A DNA stretch of 64,000 nucleotides, taken from assembly GCA_964461045.1 (NCBI GenBank), contig CAYWSJ010000001.1:1114-65113 (forward strand), written 5' to 3'. Within the stretch, counting starts at the first letter, position 1. The number at the start of each line of letters is the position of its first letter. Under the pieces are notes generated by a model that was not told the DNA's origin, ran no database searches, and worked only from the letters and a program-made list of their open reading frames with translations. The position numbers were made by a program, and so were the translations under genes. Below, one piece after another: positions 59,401-64,000 of this stretch. The stretch comes from an uncultured Bacteroidales bacterium. Its GTDB lineage: Bacteria > Bacteroidota > Bacteroidia > Bacteroidales > UBA12077.

Positions 59401-62400
59401 TGAAGCAATTTTTAATGATCTTGTAATTAATAATGCCTCTGCAGATTACCAATTAATCTTTGATGCAGATTATTCAGGTGTGAGTAATGTTGCTTCGGAT
59501 AATTTTGACATTACACCCGCTGCGCCTTCGTCTATGACCATAAATACACAACCTTTTGAAACTACCGAAGGAGCTGCAATAGAAGGACCACCATCAGTTG
59601 CTTTAACAGATGATTTCAATAACCCGGTAACAGGTGAAAATATATCTGTATCCGAAAGTGGTGGTTATATCTTTGACGGTGGAACCACAACTCTCAGTAC
59701 CAATGAAAATGGATTGGTAACTTTTTCAGATTTGGTTATCAATGCAATTGGAACTTATAGTCTTACATTTAGTCATTCTTCTGTAAGTGACTTGAATTCT
59801 GACATTTTTAATGTAATATCAGGAACTGTTTCAAACAGGTTTAAAGGGAGCTCACATAGCGGTTTTGGAAAACAGGAAACAAACAACAAATTATTAGGTC
59901 AAATACCCTCAAGAATAGAAATTATTGGTCAGCCGCAAGAGACCGTAGTTGGAGAAGTAATAGAAGGCCCTCCACAAATTGTTGTTTATGATGCCCTGGA
60001 TAATACTGTAGCTAATGTAGACATTTCTGTTACAGTTCCCGGTGGTTTTAAGCCTGGCTCAACCACGACCATATCAACAGATGAAAATGGCGAAATCACA
60101 TTTAACAATCTGATAATTGAATCTGTGGGTAGTTATCAATTAAGTTTTTCAGCTGATAATCATCCCGGAGTTACCGCTCAGTCTGAAACTTTCGAAGTAA
60201 TTGATCAGCAACTATTTCTTTCTGTTACCACACAGCCTGGAGAATCAACAGCTGGGCAACCAGTAGCGGGCCATCCAACTGTGCAACTGGCCAATTCAAT
60301 CGGTCAGGGCTACCAGGGAGTAGACATTACGGTTTATTTGAATCAATTCGGGTTTTCTTCTGCTCCTTCTACCCAGACTGTAACTACAAATTCATCTGGC
60401 TACGCTGAGTTTGACCAAATTGTGATCAACCAGGCAGCGGAAAATTACCAGTTACTCTTTGATGCCAATTATGGCGGGGTTTTAAATGTCTCCTCTGATA
60501 CTTTTAATGTGATCCATGCCGCAGCCGATCATCTTACTACAGTTACCGAACCAGAAGAAACAGTCTCGGGAGCTACGATAAGCGGACCACCTTCAGTAAG
60601 AGCTGTTGATGCATTCAATAATCCCGTTGATGGTGTAAATATTAGTGTATCGGAAACTGGTGGATATACTTTTGATGCTGGAACATTGTCAGCCAACTCC
60701 AATGAAAATGGGATATCTGCCTTTAATGATTTAATTATTAACGACATAGGTCAATATAGCTTGACATACAGTGCTTCGGGGCTTCCCGATCTTGTCTCTA
60801 ATAACTTCAATGTAATTTCAGGAACTATATCTTACCGATACAAAGGTAGTACTCATAGTGGTTTTTCCCAGGTAGCAGCCAATGATAAATATTTAGGCCA
60901 AACACCTGCCAGAATAGAAATTCAGGCACAGCCAATGGAAACAATTGTTTCATCATCCATTGAGGGGCCTCCTTCGATAATTGTTTATGATAATGTTGAT
61001 AACCCTGTCTCTGGTATCACAATTAGAGTTAGTGTGGATGGATTCTTTACTCCGGCAAGTACAACAGAAATACAAACAAATGCCAGTGGAGAAGTTGTTT
61101 TTGATAACTTGGTTATAGACCAGACAGGATTCTATACATTAACTTTTGAGGCTATTGGATATGGAAATGTAGATCCTGTAAATTCACAGGAATTCGAGGT
61201 GGTTAATCAAATGTTAAATGCCAGTATTGTTACTCAGCCATCTGAAACAGTTGCAGGTGATCCACTTGCCGGACCTCCTGAAGTTAAACTTGAAAATGAT
61301 TTCGGTCAGGGCTTCCAGGGTGTTGATGTAATAGCTCATATCAATCAGTCAAATTACACTCCCTCATCAACAGATACAGTAACAACAGATGCGAACGGCC
61401 TGGCAACCTTCAGTAACCTGGTACTTGAGAATGCAGAAGAAAACTACCAGGTTATATTTGAAATTGATTATACCGGAGTGAACAATCTTTCATCTGACTT
61501 TTTTGATGTTGTACCTGCACCTGCCAGTCAGTTTGTGATGATTACCCAGCCTGAAGACGGACTTGCTGGAGCTCCTGTTGGTGGTCCACCGGCTGTAGGC
61601 CTTCAGGATGCTTACAATAATGCAATAGCTGGTGAGACAGTAACAGTTTCCGAAGTAGGAGGTTATAGTTTTGATGCTGGTACAGTAAATATAACAACCA
61701 ATGAGAACGGAACAGCAGTATTCAATGATCTTTTAATTAATACAGACGGAACATATAATTTGAATTTCAGTACTTCTCTGGCAGGAGTAAGCGACCTACA
61801 GAGCAATTCATTTACCTTGCAGCCAGGTAATATTGCCAATAGATTTAAAGGAAATACTCATAGCGGATTCTATACGCAAAATAGAGAAAATGTATTGTTA
61901 CAACAAGTTCCTGAAAGAATAGTGATTTTGACACAACCTATGCAATCAGTAGTAAGTGTACCTATTCAGGGACCACCTTCGCTTAGAGTCTACGACCAGA
62001 CTGATATTTCTGTTTCAGGTGTGGCGGTTACCGCCTCAGTTGTTGGTGGTTCTACATCTCTTTCCGGTACACAAACACTTACAACCGATGTAAATGGAGA
62101 GGTCCTTTTTGATGACATCAGTATTAATCAAACAGGCACTTACCAATTACATTTCGAGGTTGCAGGGTATCCTGATGTAGAAGTAAATTCACAAAACTTC
62201 GAAGTCATTAATCAAACATTATCAATGGAAGTGAACGAACAACCACAAAATACAGAAGCCGGACAAATCATAGGAGGACATCCTGCTGTATCCATTACAA
62301 ATGAAGTTGGTCAGCCCGCACCAGCAGGCATCGATGTGGTTGCTTATACAAATCAGAATAGCTTTTCTTCTGATCCTTCTTATGATACTGTTCAAACAAA

Positions 62401-64000
62401 CTCTTCAGGTATTGCAATTTTTGAAAACCTTGTAATAAATGAAGCTTCAGATGATTATCAGATTGTTTTTGATGCAGTTTATTCTGGAGTATCCAATGTT
62501 AGTTCAAACGTATTTACAATTTTTCCCGCACCGGCTGATAATATGCAAATAATTACACAACCTCTTGACGGAGAGGCAGGTTCTGTAATCTCAGGACCAC
62601 CCACAATAGGTGTATACGATGTTTATGGAAACAGTATTCAGGGAATTGATGTAGGAGTATCAGAAATAGGTGGTGAACCTCTAAATGGCACAACAACAAT
62701 TGCTACAGATGATAATGGAATTTCTGTATTTACCGATCTTATAATAGACAATCCTGGAACATATCAGCTATTGTTCAATGCCAATGCAGCAGGAGTAAGC
62801 AATATTCAATCTGAAAGCTTTAATGTTATCTCCACAGGAACAATTCACCGGTTCAAAGGTGGCTCCCACAGTGGATTTATTTCATCTGAAATTGATAATC
62901 AGTTGCTTTCAGAACCTCCTGAAGTCGAATTACCGGTATTTACAATCTTTGAGGATACCTTATGCCAGGGTACATTAAATACTCAATATACAGCAGAAGC
63001 AGCAAATAATGATTCAATAAGATATGAAATTACTGTTCCTTCTGCAGGAAGCATTGATAACATCACAGGGGTGCTTGATTTACAAACAAACTTTTATGGT
63101 GAGTTTTATGTAAAAGCAACTTCATATGGATATAACGGACCCAAATCTGATTCTATGAGAGTAATAGTAGAACCAGAAATTGATGCTCCAGTGTTTACAG
63201 ATCCTGTATTGGATGTCTGCCAGGGAGATAATACCACTTATACTGCCACTTCGGTACATACTGATTCCATTTCTTATTCAGTATCTCCTTCATTTGCAGG
63301 AGCTATGGATGCTGGTAGCGGAGAAATAAACTGGGATTCAGGGTTTTCCGGCTCAGCTCAAATTACTGCAACTGCAGGTGAAGTTGATGATTGTGGAGGA
63401 CAGAAACAAACAAGTGTTGAAGTAACTGTAAATCCAGAAGTTGAAACACCTGTGTTTACAGAAGGAGCAACCTCACTCTGTCAGGATTCTCCAAATGAAA
63501 CTTATACCGCTACCGCAGCTCATGCTACAGATATAACTTATTCGCGTGCACCTGCTGAGGCTGGTACTATTGATCCGAATACAGGCGAAATGAACTGGGC
63601 ATCTGATTTTTCAGGTACTGTTACTATTACAGCCAGGGCAGAAGGACAATGCAATGGACCAAAAGACAAAGATCTTACTGTTACAATACATCCTAAACCT
63701 GCTACTTCTGTTATTTCGGGAGAGGCGGATATTGCCTGTAACGCCACTGGAGAGGTTTACAGTGTCGATTTACATACAGATGCAAATTATAACTGGTCAG
63801 TCCCAACTGGCGCATCTATTACAAACGGTGCAACAGGCCCGGAAAATAACAGCATTACAGTTGACTTCTCCGACAATAATGGATATATCCGTGTAACAGA
63901 GACCAGTCAATTTGGATGTGTTGGTGATGAACAAGAATTACAGGTAACATTGTATGGATGTAACCTTTCTTCAGACTTTGAAGCTTCTGAAACCGAAACA
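53432..64000 (+). CDS. giant repetitive surface protein / adhesin, 5' part (at least 3,523 codons; 3' end outside the window)
   Basis: ATG 53432 is preceded by an in-frame TAA (53429-53431). By manual translation no stop appears in this frame through 64000 (10,569 nt), so it is missing from the ATG..stop track. Signal peptide MQRLILYFLLIFFQAGTLFAQ. Roughly thirty ~100-aa Ig-like modules follow, then Cys-containing PKD-like units. Confidence 0.85.
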   Translation, partial: MQRLILYFLLIFFQAGTLFAQPDYMQVTTQPQNTEAGQVVAGNPVVTVYDSDDNPVGAGTNVNVTLNKHSFAGSSTLTVATDDNGRAVFSNLVIDTAANNYQLTFSSGSLSDVASNNFNVTSAAPDYMSITTQPGDTIQGYPVAGFPTVTVYDTYGNPVQNIEITVTVNKNSLNGTLTETTNSNGTALFNNLIIDVFDTGYELTFDADDTDAPGVANVTSTTFEIFEEQATITTINQPVNSVVSYPLEGDNVIQGPAVLVKNMSGDSLQGINIIAELSGGSFGSSSIDTITTDSDGIAVFDSLLINNPGTGYQIIFSTGTNAVADEISTTFDVLSESGVLILNQQPEESIEAYPVEGPPTIYLEDGGSPIIGTDVTAYLSKNSFSAESKLTVTTDNSGIAVFDSLFIDSVDTDYQIYFKASQAGVSTIISDSFDVVEELATLSVNQQPELTISGELINGPPSVELIDKSTGNPPSSPVNIYAYINKNDFAGESDTIATAKPANNGIATFDSLIVNHSENDYEIRFSTNSSGIADITTDSFDIIPVAGTMTIDPQPVETIEGYPVAGPPKITILDPGDNPLQGISVEAILNKNGFASGTTTLSTNADGEAIFDDLIINDVAANYNIQFNVDVSTGVVSQTSNNFDVVEETAFLTVQNQPSLTVAGEVVNGTPSVLLEDAVTGDPIANATINVSLNKGNISGGTTSVLTNSSGIAVFDDLFIDNDDQDYELIFSTGTSGIADIHSGQFDVVPVAGEISIIQQPQETVDGYTVAAPPAIEILRTDGITPMPGLDVTATINKNNFTGPSTTTLTTDVNGEAFFDNLTLNQAADDYEITFTLDPSDSIPDTTTTKFNVVNEVAVITIQNQPQLTIAGEYINGPPSVILETPSGTPISGGTIYVSLNQSDFATESVVSATSNSSGIATFDSLIIDDANTGYEITFSSNSSGIAPKTSSSFEIVDPEGLIEITQQPLETVNGQPVAGPPSVSITETNGDPWGGNEVDITVSINKNGFSSGTLTKTTTGGSAAFDNLILNSIDTDYQLTFSTDISERIPSEKTDSFDVVAVTGNMNITLQPSETVAGDPINGPPTVILTNLSGNPVQGVDITASLNKNSFNGSSTTTVTTNSSGEAVFDNLMIDVFDTGYEITFSSEASGVADITSNPFEVTDATLSMSVTTQPQQSVAGDTVEGYPAVTVTNGGGGISGVVVTASINKNNFDGASTLTATTDGGGVATFDNLILNTADTDYKITFNADYSGVPNALSSPFEIIAASPDDIIVTTEPSQTEAGSVIQGPPTALLLDEFGNPVSGVNIDVVPNQHNFASGTTSKTTSNNGKAIFDDLVLNIAEDNYQLLFTESGGADANSDYFEVTSAQEDTLKILNHPFETVAGAAINGPPTVLVEDEYGNPVTGITVSLNEEGGYPIDAGTLNLETQDNGQVSFTDLVINTENIGYQLRFSTGGIQNLSNKFNVVPGTIFPRFHGSTHSGYVTHLNNNNSLGQTPTRIEIDMQPQESVVGSNIEGPPEIVVYDATDQPVSNVSVTVSGAVFSSGTVTRTTDENGHIPFNDLVIDTKGTYNLTFTADDYPSVTAQSNDFEVIDAIATMTMDIQPQETVAGQPVAGHPAVLLENSIGMPMEGVDIRVYINQHSFVSGNTTVQTDANGLAVFDDLVINKAAENYQLIFDADYSGVQNLTSGSFKVINANAHNLQVTTQPMETYQGATIEGPPVARVTDEYGNPVPGAEISVSEVSGAIDAGITNITSDINGYATFSTLVINDNGTYQLNFSSSGLTDALSNNFQVVPGTVANRFKGSSHSGFGNKSIQNKLLGQKPVRMEMVTQPLETVAGFAIEGPPVIGVYDALDNPVPNVQVTVTAIGGSLDNGTYTKTTNEQGEITFNDLIINTSGTYQLSFTADNYSGTVSDLQSSNFDIVDQVYNMQIETQPGNTTAGQTVNGVPKVSITNFINQPLSGVEVTVYINQFSFASGTMTVQTDENGEAIFNDLVINNASADYQLIFDADYSGVSNVASDNFDITPAAPSSMTINTQPFETTEGAAIEGPPSVALTDDFNNPVTGENISVSESGGYIFDGGTTTLSTNENGLVTFSDLVINAIGTYSLTFSHSSVSDLNSDIFNVISGTVSNRFKGSSHSGFGKQETNNKLLGQIPSRIEIIGQPQETVVGEVIEGPPQIVVYDALDNTVANVDISVTVPGGFKPGSTTTISTDENGEITFNNLIIESVGSYQLSFSADNHPGVTAQSETFEVIDQQLFLSVTTQPGESTAGQPVAGHPTVQLANSIGQGYQGVDITVYLNQFGFSSAPSTQTVTTNSSGYAEFDQIVINQAAENYQLLFDANYGGVLNVSSDTFNVIHAAADHLTTVTEPEETVSGATISGPPSVRAVDAFNNPVDGVNISVSETGGYTFDAGTLSANSNENGISAFNDLIINDIGQYSLTYSASGLPDLVSNNFNVISGTISYRYKGSTHSGFSQVAANDKYLGQTPARIEIQAQPMETIVSSSIEGPPSIIVYDNVDNPVSGITIRVSVDGFFTPASTTEIQTNASGEVVFDNLVIDQTGFYTLTFEAIGYGNVDPVNSQEFEVVNQMLNASIVTQPSETVAGDPLAGPPEVKLENDFGQGFQGVDVIAHINQSNYTPSSTDTVTTDANGLATFSNLVLENAEENYQVIFEIDYTGVNNLSSDFFDVVPAPASQFVMITQPEDGLAGAPVGGPPAVGLQDAYNNAIAGETVTVSEVGGYSFDAGTVNITTNENGTAVFNDLLINTDGTYNLNFSTSLAGVSDLQSNSFTLQPGNIANRFKGNTHSGFYTQNRENVLLQQVPERIVILTQPMQSVVSVPIQGPPSLRVYDQTDISVSGVAVTASVVGGSTSLSGTQTLTTDVNGEVLFDDISINQTGTYQLHFEVAGYPDVEVNSQNFEVINQTLSMEVNEQPQNTEAGQIIGGHPAVSITNEVGQPAPAGIDVVAYTNQNSFSSDPSYDTVQTNSSGIAIFENLVINEASDDYQIVFDAVYSGVSNVSSNVFTIFPAPADNMQIITQPLDGEAGSVISGPPTIGVYDVYGNSIQGIDVGVSEIGGEPLNGTTTIATDDNGISVFTDLIIDNPGTYQLLFNANAAGVSNIQSESFNVISTGTIHRFKGGSHSGFISSEIDNQLLSEPPEVELPVFTIFEDTLCQGTLNTQYTAEAANNDSIRYEITVPSAGSIDNITGVLDLQTNFYGEFYVKATSYGYNGPKSDSMRVIVEPEIDAPVFTDPVLDVCQGDNTTYTATSVHTDSISYSVSPSFAGAMDAGSGEINWDSGFSGSAQITATAGEVDDCGGQKQTSVEVTVNPEVETPVFTEGATSLCQDSPNETYTATAAHATDITYSRAPAEAGTIDPNTGEMNWASDFSGTVTITARAEGQCNGPKDKDLTVTIHPKPATSVISGEADIACNATGEVYSVDLHTDANYNWSVPTGASITNGATGPENNSITVDFSDNNGYIRVTETSQFGCVGDEQELQVTLYGCNLSSDFEASETET
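54731..56610 (+). repeat. three ~625-bp di-module super-repeats inside the giant ORF
   Basis: E-type modules (FDVVEE..NQP.LT.(S/A)GE..NG.PSV.L.D) start at 54731, 55361 and 55985. They alternate with V-type modules (F(D/E)(I/V)(I/V)..(A/E)G....(I/T)..QP.ET..G..VA.PP). Confidence 0.7.
57836..62834 (+). repeat. five ~1.0-kb tri-module super-repeats inside the giant ORF, delimited by a conserved linker motif
   Basis: The linker (P/S/T)G(T/N)....R(F/Y)(K/H)G(S/N/G)(S/T)HSG(F/Y) starts at 57836, 58820, 59819, 60818, 61823 and 62834, giving spacings of 984, 999, 999, 1005 and 1011 bp. Confidence 0.85.
62930..64000 (+). repeat. ~250-bp Cys-containing PKD-like units at the distal end of the visible giant ORF
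   Basis: Units begin ..PVFT..LCQG.., ..APVFTDPVLDVCQGDN.., ..TPVFTEGATSLCQDSPN.., ..PKPATSVISGEADIACNATGEVYSV..NYNWSVP..GCVGDEQELQVTL. Each has a Cys pair ~60-70 aa apart. Confidence 0.55.

Noticed and set aside
53432-64000. A regular ~300-bp periodicity that could be mistaken for a satellite or CRISPR-like array.
   Set aside because: The period is far too long. There is no repeat/spacer alternation. One frame stays open throughout and encodes a coherent modular protein.

Overview
This is a low-GC, Bacteroidota-like chromosomal segment. The taxon is inferred only from content: two T9SS-type C-terminal sorting domains, a FISUMP-domain protein and an FGE/GldJ-PorK-like domain. No homology search was possible, so every domain call is motif recognition by eye. 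Layout: (i) 1-5.1 kb holds the purK 3' end, purE, an MFS transporter, a FISUMP secreted protein, a PsiE-like membrane protein and a 258-bp triple-nested inverted-repeat element. (ii) 5.4-43.3 kb is a ~38-kb Wzx/Wzy-type exopolysaccharide (EPS) locus. It encodes Wza, a Wzc-type BY-kinase, an initiating phosphotransferase, Wzx, Wzy, five glycosyltransferases, pyruvyl- and sulfo-transferases, an ATP-grasp enzyme and a CE4 deacetylase. Embedded in it are a 7-gene minus-strand operon (carrier protein, AsnB, NadE-like, adenylating ligase, MBOAT, SGNH-like, MTase-like) and three large secreted proteins, two of them with T9SS sorting domains. (iii) 43.3-48.3 kb holds a Fur-family regulator plus katG, a QueG-like Fe-S protein, a small membrane protein and an E2-type acyltransferase. 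(iv) 48.9-64.0 kb holds a 1,477-aa secreted protein with a domain-in-domain-in-domain architecture. It is followed 66 bp later by a giant ORF of at least 3,523 codons that is open to the last base of the window and is absent from the supplied ORF track because it has no stop. That ORF is built of ~100-aa Ig-like modules arranged in higher-order super-repeats. No rRNA, tRNA, CRISPR array, transposase or integrase was recognised. The best candidates for something new are the carrier-protein/MBOAT/amidotransferase EPS-decoration operon, the nested glycine-rich protein paired with the giant adhesin, and a 773-bp perfect, GC-rich intragenic duplication inside an otherwise diverged two-module T9SS cargo gene.
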